This document shows, piece by piece, positions 10,046 through 18,460 of a stretch of 32,000 nucleotides of DNA. Below the pieces are notes generated by a model. The model was not told the DNA's origin and ran no database searches. It saw only the letters and a list, made by a program, of their open reading frames with translations. The stretch's first letter is position 1, and every line of letters starts with the position of its first letter. The translations under genes and the position numbers were made by a program. Source of the DNA: an uncultured archaeon (GTDB lineage Archaea > Iainarchaeota > Iainarchaeia > Iainarchaeales > DATDZZ01); contig CAYJVY010000001.1 in assembly GCA_964373795.1 (NCBI GenBank), forward strand, positions 71,537-103,536, in the 5' to 3' direction.

Positions 10046-10273
10046 TTATTTCTTTTTCTTGTTTTCATTTAAAACAGGTTTATCTTGTAAATGACTTTCT
10101 TGAAAGTCTTCATCAAATTCTTTAATATCTTCTTCATCTAATCCGAGTTCTTTAAGTTTATTTTCATGATCTTTTAAAGTCATTTTATCAAAATCTTTTT
10201 TCCATATTTCAAAATCAGCAGTCATTTTAATATGAGTTCCTTCTACAGGTTTTTGAGGCATTCGTCTAACCAT
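10046..10273 (-). CDS. Hypothetical small acidic protein
   Basis: 75-aa ORF in the same-strand gene run, between the DsbA-like gene and tpiA. No recognisable motif. Confidence 0.35.
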   Translation of the reverse strand: MVRRMPQKPVEGTHIKMTADFEIWKKDFDKMTLKDHENKLKELGLDEEDIKEFDEDFQESHLQDKPVLNENKKKK

Positions 10274-10329
10274 TAAAACACCATAGTTAAGTAATGAATA
10301 ATTAACTTTTTAAATATTAATTCTAATCA

Positions 10330-11112
10330 TTAAACCAACGAAGATTTAACTATTTTAGAAAGACTTGAAGGATTTAAAGAAGCCGATCCAATTAATAAGC
10401 CTTGAATATTTTTCAATGAAGCAATTTGCTTAGAGTTTTCAGGGGAAACACTTCCCCCATAAAGAATTAATATGTTTGCGCCTTTTTTTCCAAAAAAAGA
10501 AATTAATTGTTTTCTAATAATTAAAACTGCTTGACGAATATCTTTAATTGAAGCTGAAAGTTTTTCACTTGAATCTTGGAAACTACTAATTGCATACACT
10601 GGCTCATAAGCTATTACTAGTTGTTCAGAAGAAGAAAGTTTCACTCCTTTAAGGCATTCAATTAATTGAGTTCTTAAAACATTAAAGGTTTGGTTTTCTT
10701 TTTTTTCTTTAAAAGATTCTCCAATGCAAAGAATTGGAATCAGTTTATGCTTTAATGCATTTAAAATCTTTTTATTAATTAATTCATTTGATTCATTAAA
10801 AATAATTCTTCTCTCTGAATGCCCCAATAAAACATATTTTACTCCTAATTCTTTCAACATTAAAGGAGATATTTCTCCAGTGAAAGCTCCTTTGTCTTCA
10901 AAAAACATGTTTTGAGCTCCAAGAAAAACGTTTGGTAAAATAATTGATGAATGAAATGATTCAAGAGAAGTAAAAGAAGGGCAAAAAACTAATTCAATTC
11001 CTGAGGAAAAAAAATTCACAGAAGAATTGGCTTCAACAAATTTATTAAACAAGTTAATTGAATCATCTAAAGTTAAATTCATCTTCCAGTTTGCAACAAT
11101 TAATTTATTCAT
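10330..11112 (-). CDS. tpiA: Triosephosphate isomerase, bacterial/eukaryotic-type (260 aa)
   Basis: IVANWKMN (Asn/Lys), LLGHSERR (His), AYEPVYAI (Glu), YGGSVSPEN, LLIGSASL. Length and N-terminus are of the bacterial type, not the short archaeal TIM type. Confidence 0.8.
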   Translation of the reverse strand: MNKLIVANWKMNLTLDDSINLFNKFVEANSSVNFFSSGIELVFCPSFTSLESFHSSIILPNVFLGAQNMFFEDKGAFTGEISPLMLKELGVKYVLLGHSERRIIFNESNELINKKILNALKHKLIPILCIGESFKEKKENQTFNVLRTQLIECLKGVKLSSSEQLVIAYEPVYAISSFQDSSEKLSASIKDIRQAVLIIRKQLISFFGKKGANILILYGGSVSPENSKQIASLKNIQGLLIGSASLNPSSLSKIVKSSLV

Positions 11113-11148
11113 TTAAAGAGTATTGAAACGAAAACAATTTAAATAAAA

Positions 11149-12120
11149 TTAAATCCATTTTTTTCTCCTAAAATAAAGCAACATTATTATTGCAACTAAA
11201 ACCATTGCGCCTAAAGCAAAGAAATATCCAAATTGTTTTCCCAAAGGCGAATGAATTTCTGGCATGAATTGAAAATTCATTCCATAAATTCCGGCAATTA
11301 AACTCATTGGAAATAAAATTGTTGTAAAAATAGTTAAAAACTTCATTACCTCATTCATTCTATTAGAAACAATTGAAAGATATGCCTCCAGAGAAGAAGT
11401 AATTAAATCCCTATAAGTATCAATCATGTCTTGCATTCTAATAGTGTGATCAAACAAGTCTCTAAAGAAAAGAATGTTCCCAGGTTTAATGAAAGAAGAT
11501 TGGCGATTAGTTAAAAACAAAAGCAATTCTCTTTGAGGAGACAAGATTTTCCTAAACTCTAAAACAACTCTTTTCACTTTAAACAAACTGCTAAGTGTTT
11601 GCTCATTTGGATTACTGAATAACCGGGTTTCAAAAGAATCTAAAACATCATCAATTTCATCCAAAATAGGAAAATACGCATCCAATAAATTACTTAAAAT
11701 CAAGTAAAACAATAAATCAGGAGATTTTGGAATTAAATGGTTTTTTTCCGAAACGTTTTTTTCAACTAATTCAATTGAATCAAGAGATGTTTCATGAACT
11801 GAAATTAAATAGTTTTTTCCTAGAAAAATATTCAATTCATGTTTATGAATTTCAAATTCTTCATAATGAAGTGATTCAACTACGAAAAACACGAAGTCTT
11901 TTTGTTGCTCCATTTTTGGACGCTTGTTAAAGGAAAAAGAATTGTCTAAAAAAAGTTTGGGAAAAGAAAAACTTTCTTTAATAAATTTTTTGTCTTCAAT
12001 TGAAGGAGATTGAATATCAAGCCATAAAACAGATTTAGGTTTATTGATAAGTGAAGTAATTTTGGAAGCATCAACTGCCTGAAAAAAACCATTACTTAAA
12101 GATAAAACTTTCAAGCTCAT
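11149..12120 (-). CDS. corA: CorA-family Mg2+/Co2+ transporter
   Basis: 323 aa. C-terminal two TM helices with the signature YGMNFQFMPE. Confidence 0.85.
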   Translation of the reverse strand: MSLKVLSLSNGFFQAVDASKITSLINKPKSVLWLDIQSPSIEDKKFIKESFSFPKLFLDNSFSFNKRPKMEQQKDFVFFVVESLHYEEFEIHKHELNIFLGKNYLISVHETSLDSIELVEKNVSEKNHLIPKSPDLLFYLILSNLLDAYFPILDEIDDVLDSFETRLFSNPNEQTLSSLFKVKRVVLEFRKILSPQRELLLFLTNRQSSFIKPGNILFFRDLFDHTIRMQDMIDTYRDLITSSLEAYLSIVSNRMNEVMKFLTIFTTILFPMSLIAGIYGMNFQFMPEIHSPLGKQFGYFFALGAMVLVAIIMLLYFRRKKWI

Positions 12121-12240
12121 TTAAACAACCTTTAAATGATTAGTAAAAGGAGATTCAAATATTTAATTTTTCCGTTGATTGAAGTAATTTCTGGTAAAAA
12201 TGAATAAAAAGTTAAAAATACAACGTTAAATAATTATTAT

Positions 12241-14133
12241 ATGCTTTCAACAACTCAGGCAAGTGAATTTGATAATTTAGTTAAAACAGTAATGCAATAT
12301 AATGCTTCAATAAACATTAATGCATTCAAAAACGCGTTTAGTTTACTTGAAAAATATAATGCAGTACATTGGAAGACAAAAAAGCCTTTCGTTGAAATTG
12401 ATTTAATTCTAGCAAACATGTTAGCAGATTTAAATTTGGATAGCGCTACAATAATTGCTGCATTATTATATCATCCTTTTATTTATTCAGGGTTAACAGA
12501 AAAAGAAGTTGAGCAAGTTAACTCTGAAAGTAAAAATATTTTAAATAATTTAAAAAAATTCAAAGAATACGAAGAAAAGATTTCAAGCAAAGAAGACTTG
12601 CAAAAACTTGTTCTAGCAATGACTAAAGATCCAAGAATAATTATATTTAAAATGACTAAACAGTTAATGTATTTAAGGCTTGCAAACTTCATTGAACCAA
12701 ATCACATAAAAATTTGTGCTGATGCAGCAATGGAGATTTATGCTCCGATTGCACACAAACTTGGAATAAATAAAATTAAATCAGAATTAGAGGATTTAGC
12801 ATTCAAATACTTACAACCAGATACTTATGAGGGATTAGAAGAAAAAATTACAGCACTTGAAAGAGAAGACAATCTTAAAACAATTAAAAAAATAATGGAA
12901 GACGAATTAGCAAAAAATGAAGTTAATGCAGTTATATTTGGCCGCCCAAAACATATTTTCAGTATTTATAAAAAAATGCAGAGAAAAGAAAAACCATTTG
13001 AAGAAATATATGATTTAACTGGGTTAAGAATAATTTGTGAAACAAAAAAAGAATGCTATGAAATTCTTGGAATAATTCATTCCTTATGGAAACCCTTGCC
13101 AGGAGAATTTGATGACTACATTGCAAAACCAAAACCAAACATGTATCAAAGTTTGCATACAGCTTTAATTGGCCCGGATAAAAGAGTCTTCGAAGTACAA
13201 ATTAGAACAAAAGAAATGGATAAAGTGGCTGAATACGGTTATGCTGCTCATTGGAAATATAAAGGATATAAATCAGACAAAAAATGGGAGAAAAAACTTG
13301 CATGGGTTAAACAAATGATGGCTTGGAGACAAGACTTAAGAAAGTCATCTGAATTTATGGATTCATTAAAATCGGATTTCTTTGAAGACGAAATATTTGT
13401 TTTCACTCCAAAAAGGCAAGTAATTGAATTGCCTCAAGGATCTACTGCGTTAGACTTTGCTTACTCTATTCATACTGAAATAGGACATAAATGCAGTAAA
13501 GCAAAAGTAAACAACAAACTCGTGCAATTAGGATATGAATTGCATTCAGGAGATACGGTGGAAATACTCACTTCTGAAAATCAAGAACCAAAAAGAGACT
13601 GGATTACAATGGTTAAAACAAGCAAAGCTAAAACAAAGATCAGACAAAAACTTCAATTAAAAGCAATTCATAAAAAAGAAGAACAAATTAAAACACTGAA
13701 AAGTTTAGTAATAAAAAAATTAAATGATGAAGACATTAGGTTAGCGAAATGCTGTTTGCCTATTCCAGGAGATGAGGTTTTAGGATATTACACTACTAAA
13801 AGAAAAACAATTGTTCATAGAACTAATTGCGCTAATGCAGGAAAACAAAAAAGCAGTAACAGGTTAATAAGTGTTGCCTGGGATGTAAAAGGCAATGACA
13901 AGTTTTTAACAGAAGTAAGAGTTGAATTTCAAGATACTCCTGGAATGCTATCAGAACTACTTAAAGCATTCTCTAATTCAAATATTTCAATTAAGTCAAC
14001 TGATGCAAAAACAATTGATTCAAATAAGTCAAGAGCAATTTTTACATTTGATGCAAAAAACGTGGAAGAGGTAGCAAAACTAACAGACAAACTTGCAAAA
14101 ATAAAAGGAGTAACATTTGTTGAAAGAGCCTAA
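12241..14133 (+). CDS. Long RelA/SpoT homologue ((p)ppGpp synthetase; hydrolase motifs degenerate) with TGS, CC and ACT-like regions
   Basis: 630 aa. Synthetase motifs: GRPKHIFSIYKKM, DLTGLRII, DDYIAKPKPNMYQSLHT, EVQIRTKEMDKVAEYGYAAHWKYK. TGS: VFTPKRQVIELPQGSTALDFAYSIHTEIGHKC. Conserved-Cys region: CCLPIPGDEVLGYYT...VHRTNC. The HD-domain positions read AALLYHPF instead of AALLHD, and TKQLMYL instead of ADRLHNM. Confidence 0.85.
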   Translation: MLSTTQASEFDNLVKTVMQYNASININAFKNAFSLLEKYNAVHWKTKKPFVEIDLILANMLADLNLDSATIIAALLYHPFIYSGLTEKEVEQVNSESKNILNNLKKFKEYEEKISSKEDLQKLVLAMTKDPRIIIFKMTKQLMYLRLANFIEPNHIKICADAAMEIYAPIAHKLGINKIKSELEDLAFKYLQPDTYEGLEEKITALEREDNLKTIKKIMEDELAKNEVNAVIFGRPKHIFSIYKKMQRKEKPFEEIYDLTGLRIICETKKECYEILGIIHSLWKPLPGEFDDYIAKPKPNMYQSLHTALIGPDKRVFEVQIRTKEMDKVAEYGYAAHWKYKGYKSDKKWEKKLAWVKQMMAWRQDLRKSSEFMDSLKSDFFEDEIFVFTPKRQVIELPQGSTALDFAYSIHTEIGHKCSKAKVNNKLVQLGYELHSGDTVEILTSENQEPKRDWITMVKTSKAKTKIRQKLQLKAIHKKEEQIKTLKSLVIKKLNDEDIRLAKCCLPIPGDEVLGYYTTKRKTIVHRTNCANAGKQKSSNRLISVAWDVKGNDKFLTEVRVEFQDTPGMLSELLKAFSNSNISIKSTDAKTIDSNKSRAIFTFDAKNVEEVAKLTDKLAKIKGVTFVERA

Positions 14134-14165
14134 ACCCTGACTTGCAAGGGAAATTAGAAAAAAAA

Positions 14166-15305
14166 TTATTCATACCTTAATGCTTCAACTGGGTCCATTT
14201 TTGCTGCAACAAATGCAGGGTAAATTCCCGAAAGCACCCCTACTATTACAGCAAAAAAGAAAACTTGTAAAATTAAAAAAATTGTTACAGCAGTTTTCAA
14301 AGCAAAGAAAAAACTTAAAGCAAAAGAAATAAAGCTCCCAAAAAGTATTCCCAAAATTCCTCCAATTACTCCAACAAATAATGATTCAAGCAAAATCAAA
14401 AAAATAATATCTTGATTTGTCCAACCAATTGCTTTTAATGCACCAATTTCTTGAAATCTTTCAAATACACTCATTAAAACAGTATTCATTATACCAATAC
14501 CAGCAACAATTCCAGAAATTCCAGCAACAAAAAAAACAATTAAACGAAAAGAATTAATAAAATCTCCAAACAAAGAAGACAAGTCACTTAAAGTAAAAGC
14601 CTCTGCTTCGGATTCCGAAAAACGAAAATTAAACAAATCAGAAATTTTTTTAGCTTCATCCGGATTGTTTAATCCAACAACAAAGCCTGTAACTTTTTGA
14701 AAAGGAAAATTCAGTAAAGTTCTTGCATCAGATAAATCCATCCAAACACCATAATTCAAAAAACTGCTTGGAGCTTCATAAATTCCAACTATTTCAAAGC
14801 TTTCACCATTCAAATTAATTTTGTTTCCAACAAATTTATCAAAATCTTCAGCTAATTGCTTTCCAATAACTACTGCTCCTTTATCTCCAGGCTTTAAGTG
14901 TCTTCCTTTAATTATTTCAAACACAAATGCAACATTTCCGGCAGAAGAATTTTTTACAATATCATAACCTCCAATTCTGGCGTTTGGAACTAAATTTGAA
15001 GGATTTTTTCCATCAATTGATTTTAATTGGCCTTGAATAAATGGAACTGATTTTTTTACTCCAGAAATTAAATCAATTTTTTGCTCCCAATCAAGTGAAA
15101 TAGAATTAAAAATTGGGTCTGATCCTCCTCGTTGAGTTACTCTAATTCCTTGAATTGAAGAAAAAACATTTGAAACATCTAAAAAAACTCCATCCACAAC
15201 TGAAACTAAAGACATTATTGCTGCAACCCCTACAACAATTCCAAGCAAAGCCAAAAAAGTCCTCTGCTTCCTCCTAAAAATATTCGATAAAGCTAATTTA
15301 AACAA
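14166..15305 (-). CDS. ABC transporter permease, FtsX/MacB-type
   Basis: 379 aa. N-terminal TM (FRRKQRTFLALLGIVVGVAAIMS), a large extracytoplasmic domain, and three C-terminal TMs with GIGIMNTVLMSVFERFQEIGALKAIGW. Confidence 0.8.
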   Translation of the reverse strand: MFKLALSNIFRRKQRTFLALLGIVVGVAAIMSLVSVVDGVFLDVSNVFSSIQGIRVTQRGGSDPIFNSISLDWEQKIDLISGVKKSVPFIQGQLKSIDGKNPSNLVPNARIGGYDIVKNSSAGNVAFVFEIIKGRHLKPGDKGAVVIGKQLAEDFDKFVGNKINLNGESFEIVGIYEAPSSFLNYGVWMDLSDARTLLNFPFQKVTGFVVGLNNPDEAKKISDLFNFRFSESEAEAFTLSDLSSLFGDFINSFRLIVFFVAGISGIVAGIGIMNTVLMSVFERFQEIGALKAIGWTNQDIIFLILLESLFVGVIGGILGILFGSFISFALSFFFALKTAVTIFLILQVFFFAVIVGVLSGIYPAFVAAKMDPVEALRYE

Positions 15306-16022
15306 TTAAACACCTTTACTTTGTTTTTTAAAGCTTGTTTTAACAATTAATCCATCCTTTAAATGAAAACTTTTATTAACAATTGACAAAAAAGATTCGT
15401 CGTGTGAAACAATTACAAAAGTTTTTTTTTCTTCTTGATTTAATTTAAGCATTAAATCAATAATTTTTTGTCCAGTAGCAGAATCAAGATTTCCAGTTGG
15501 TTCATCAGCTAAAATAATGTCAGGATTATTAATTAAGGCTCGAGCAATTGAAACTCTTTGCCTTTGCCCTCCTGAAAGCTGCGAAGGCAAGTGAAACATT
15601 CTATCCTCTAATCCAACTTCTTTTAATAGTTTTACAGCTCGCTCCTCTAATTCATGTTTATTTGCATCAATTGTTTCAGTTGGAATTAAAACATTTTCAA
15701 ATGCATTCAAAGTTGGAATTAAGTGAAAGGCTTGAAAAACAAAACCAATTTTATGTCTTCTAAGCAAAGCCAGTTCATGATCATCTAAATGAGAAATATT
15801 GTGATTATCAATAATTATTTCTCCAGAAGAAGGATGATCTAAAGCTCCAAGCAAATGCATTAAAGTACTTTTACCAGAGCCTGAAGGACCAATAATTACT
15901 ACAAAATCTTTTCTATTAATATCTAAAGAAACTCCTCTTAGAGCAGGAACTTCTACTTCTCCAAGCATGTAAATTTTTGAAATATTTCTTGCTTCAATTA
16001 ATGCCATAAAAATCTTTTCCAA
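15306..16022 (-). CDS. ABC transporter ATP-binding protein (MacB/LolD-like)
   Basis: 238 aa. Walker A is GPSGSGKST, signature is LSGGQRQR, Walker B is [12 protein letters not shown]-loop is SHD. Confidence 0.9.
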   Translation of the reverse strand: MEKIFMALIEARNISKIYMLGEVEVPALRGVSLDINRKDFVVIIGPSGSGKSTLMHLLGALDHPSSGEIIIDNHNISHLDDHELALLRRHKIGFVFQAFHLIPTLNAFENVLIPTETIDANKHELEERAVKLLKEVGLEDRMFHLPSQLSGGQRQRVSIARALINNPDIILADEPTGNLDSATGQKIIDLMLKLNQEEKKTFVIVSHDESFLSIVNKSFHLKDGLIVKTSFKKQSKGV

Positions 16023-16028
16023 AAAAAA

Positions 16029-17183
16029 TTAATCCCTTAAAGCCTCAATTGGTTGTAAATTAGAAGCAATCCAAGCAGGATAAACGCCAGAGAATACTCC
16101 AATAATTAATGCAAAAAACAAGGCTTGAAAAACAAGTAAAGGATTAACAACTGAAACCAATCCAAAACTTGTTTTCAAAAAAAATGAAACAATAAATCCA
16201 AGTAAAACTCCTAAAACTCCTCCAAAAAAAGAAACAAACAATGACTCAAATAAAATCATTCTCAAAATATCTATTTTACTCCAACCAATTGCTTTCAATA
16301 CTCCTATTTCTTTTCTTCTCTCAAATACACTCATTAAAACAGTATTCATTATACCAATACCAGCAACAAATGCACTTAAACCTGCAACAATGAATACAAG
16401 AAGACGCAGGTTTCCAAGAATTCCTGAAAACTGAGCAGAAAAATCACTTGCAGTTGAAGCATCTAATTTATCTTTAAAGGAAAAATTAATTAATTGTCTA
16501 ATCTTTACATCTTCATCTGGATTAATTGGTTCAACATAAAAAGAGGAAACCTTATCATTAGAAATATTAAAAAGCTCTCTAGCTGCATCAATATCCATTG
16601 TAATAACTGATTCAAATAAAGGGGAATCGCTTTCATAAATTCCTTTCACAACAAAGTCATTCCCATTAATGTTAAGTTTATTTCCAACAAATTTTTTTAA
16701 ATCATTAGCAATGGCTTTACCAATTACTATTCCTTTTTTATCTCCTGATTGAATTGCCTCTCCTGAAACAATTCTAATAGAATAAACAGGGTTCTTTAAC
16801 TTGAAATATTTTTGCAGTCCGATTCCATAAACACTAATTGTTCCACCAAAAGAAAAAGTATTAGGCTTGCCTTCAATTTGAAAAGGAATTCGCCAAATTT
16901 CTGGAACAACTACTCCTACTCCTGAAACTTTTTCCAGTTTTTCTTCAAAACCAGAATCAATAAATGAAAGAGTATGATCAATGGCTCCATTTTCAACAAC
17001 TAAAACAGATTTAATATTTGAAACAGCTAAATCAAATTCTGATTGCAGGCCATCCACAACTGAAACTAAAGACATTATTGCTGCAACCCCTACAACAATT
17101 CCAAGCAAAGCCAAAAAAGTCCTCTGCTTCCTCCTAAACAAATTAAAAAAAGAAACCCTCCACAAACCAAAAAACCTCCACAA
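16029..17183 (-). CDS. ABC transporter permease, FtsX/MacB-type (paralogue of 14166-15305)
   Basis: 384 aa with the same architecture. It shares the exact peptides FRRKQRTFLALLGIVVGVAAIMSLVSVVDG and GIGIMNTVLMSVFER with the other permease. Confidence 0.8.
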   Translation of the reverse strand: MWRFFGLWRVSFFNLFRRKQRTFLALLGIVVGVAAIMSLVSVVDGLQSEFDLAVSNIKSVLVVENGAIDHTLSFIDSGFEEKLEKVSGVGVVVPEIWRIPFQIEGKPNTFSFGGTISVYGIGLQKYFKLKNPVYSIRIVSGEAIQSGDKKGIVIGKAIANDLKKFVGNKLNINGNDFVVKGIYESDSPLFESVITMDIDAARELFNISNDKVSSFYVEPINPDEDVKIRQLINFSFKDKLDASTASDFSAQFSGILGNLRLLVFIVAGLSAFVAGIGIMNTVLMSVFERRKEIGVLKAIGWSKIDILRMILFESLFVSFFGGVLGVLLGFIVSFFLKTSFGLVSVVNPLLVFQALFFALIIGVFSGVYPAWIASNLQPIEALRD

Positions 17184-17186
17184 AAA

Positions 17187-18422
17187 TCAGTTACTGTTTT
17201 TTGCAAACTTGTTTCTAACAAAATATCTTAAAAGCAAACGCAAAATCAAGTAAACCAATAATAATACAACAGCTAAAACAAGTAATAAAAAAATAGGGTT
17301 TTCAGGAGGTTTTTCATAAACAAATAATTCAATACTTTTTTCTAAGAAAACCTTTTCATCTAATTCATTAAAAAACGAAATAAGTATTTTTGCATTATAG
17401 CTTCCTTGCTTCACTGAAGGCAAAATACTTAAATCAAACAAAGCAGAAGAAGAATCATTTGGATCAATATTTCCTAAAAAAGCATTTTTTGATCCACTAA
17501 ATCCTTCAGGCAAATCAAGTTTTAATTCAACCGCTTTTGCCTTGGTTTTACCAATATTATCTAATTGAATTGATAAAGAAAAATTACTTCCTTGAAGCAA
17601 TTTTTTTTCTTTTGAATTCCCTTGAACACTAAAATCCACTCCACTTAAAACAATTTCAGGTTTATCTTTTACTTCAAAAGAAATTTTTTCAACATCCCTG
17701 TTATTTGAATCCAATTGAGAAACAGTTAATTTATAGTTATAAACTCCTAAAGAAGTTTCTTTTCCTAAAAACAAACTAAAATTAATTTGCCTTGAATCAT
17801 CAATTGAAATATTTCCTAAACGCAAACTATTTTCAGTTAAAGGAATAATATTTCCAAAAGTAGTGAAACCATCCGGCTCTAAAACGACTTGAACATTTCT
17901 TGCTTCAAATGAACCAATATTCTTAACTATGCCATTAATTTTAACAGCATCCCCTATATAGGATGAAACATTGTCAACATTGATATTAGTTAAATCCAAG
18001 GAATAAAATCCTTTAACATCAACTGCAATGTTTTGATCTATTACAAAATTTTTATCATCATCCTCTCTTTTATAAACAATTTTTAATGGAATCGAATATG
18101 TTGAAGGAATAGTTTTTTTACCAACTTTAAATGATAACACCGCAGTTCTAGTTGAATTAGTTGGAAAAAAACCAATCAAATCATTTGATTTAATTGACTC
18201 GAATTCTTTTGGAAAAAAAGAAATCACAGTCAAATTATTGGCAGTAGTTCCAATGCCTCTATTTTTTAAGTCAATTTTAATTGAAACCATGTCTCCAGGG
18301 TAAATAATTGAGGGGTTTAGAGAAGTTGAATCAACCACAATTAAATTAGTTGGAAATTCACTTGTTGCACTAGCAAAAGAAAAAAATAAAACTAAAAAAA
18401 ACAAAAAAAATTGAATTTTCAA
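17187..18422 (-). CDS. Secreted, C-terminally anchored beta-rich surface protein (COG1361/CARDB-like) encoded with the ABC system
   Basis: 411 aa. Signal peptide MKIQFFLFFLVLFFSFASA. Repeated Ig-like segments (PGDMVSIKIDLKNRG; GDAVKINGIVKNIG; NFSLSIQLDNIG). C-terminal TM IFLLLVLAVVLLLVYLIL. It ends 3 nt before the permease start. Confidence 0.6.
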   Translation of the reverse strand: MKIQFFLFFLVLFFSFASATSEFPTNLIVVDSTSLNPSIIYPGDMVSIKIDLKNRGIGTTANNLTVISFFPKEFESIKSNDLIGFFPTNSTRTAVLSFKVGKKTIPSTYSIPLKIVYKREDDDKNFVIDQNIAVDVKGFYSLDLTNINVDNVSSYIGDAVKINGIVKNIGSFEARNVQVVLEPDGFTTFGNIIPLTENSLRLGNISIDDSRQINFSLFLGKETSLGVYNYKLTVSQLDSNNRDVEKISFEVKDKPEIVLSGVDFSVQGNSKEKKLLQGSNFSLSIQLDNIGKTKAKAVELKLDLPEGFSGSKNAFLGNIDPNDSSSALFDLSILPSVKQGSYNAKILISFFNELDEKVFLEKSIELFVYEKPPENPIFLLLVLAVVLLLVYLILRLLLRYFVRNKFAKNSN

Positions 18423-18460
18423 AAAATCACTTATACAAATTAAATAAAATCTTAATTTAA

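Noticed and set aside
14134-14165. Small hairpin CCCTGACTTGCAAGGG plus an A8/T8 run between the convergent RSH and ABC operon ends, considered as a bidirectional terminator
   Set aside because: The stem is only about 4 bp. The T8 run on the minus strand (14158-14165) is a plausible archaeal oligo-T terminator for the ABC operon. It is too generic to call with confidence.
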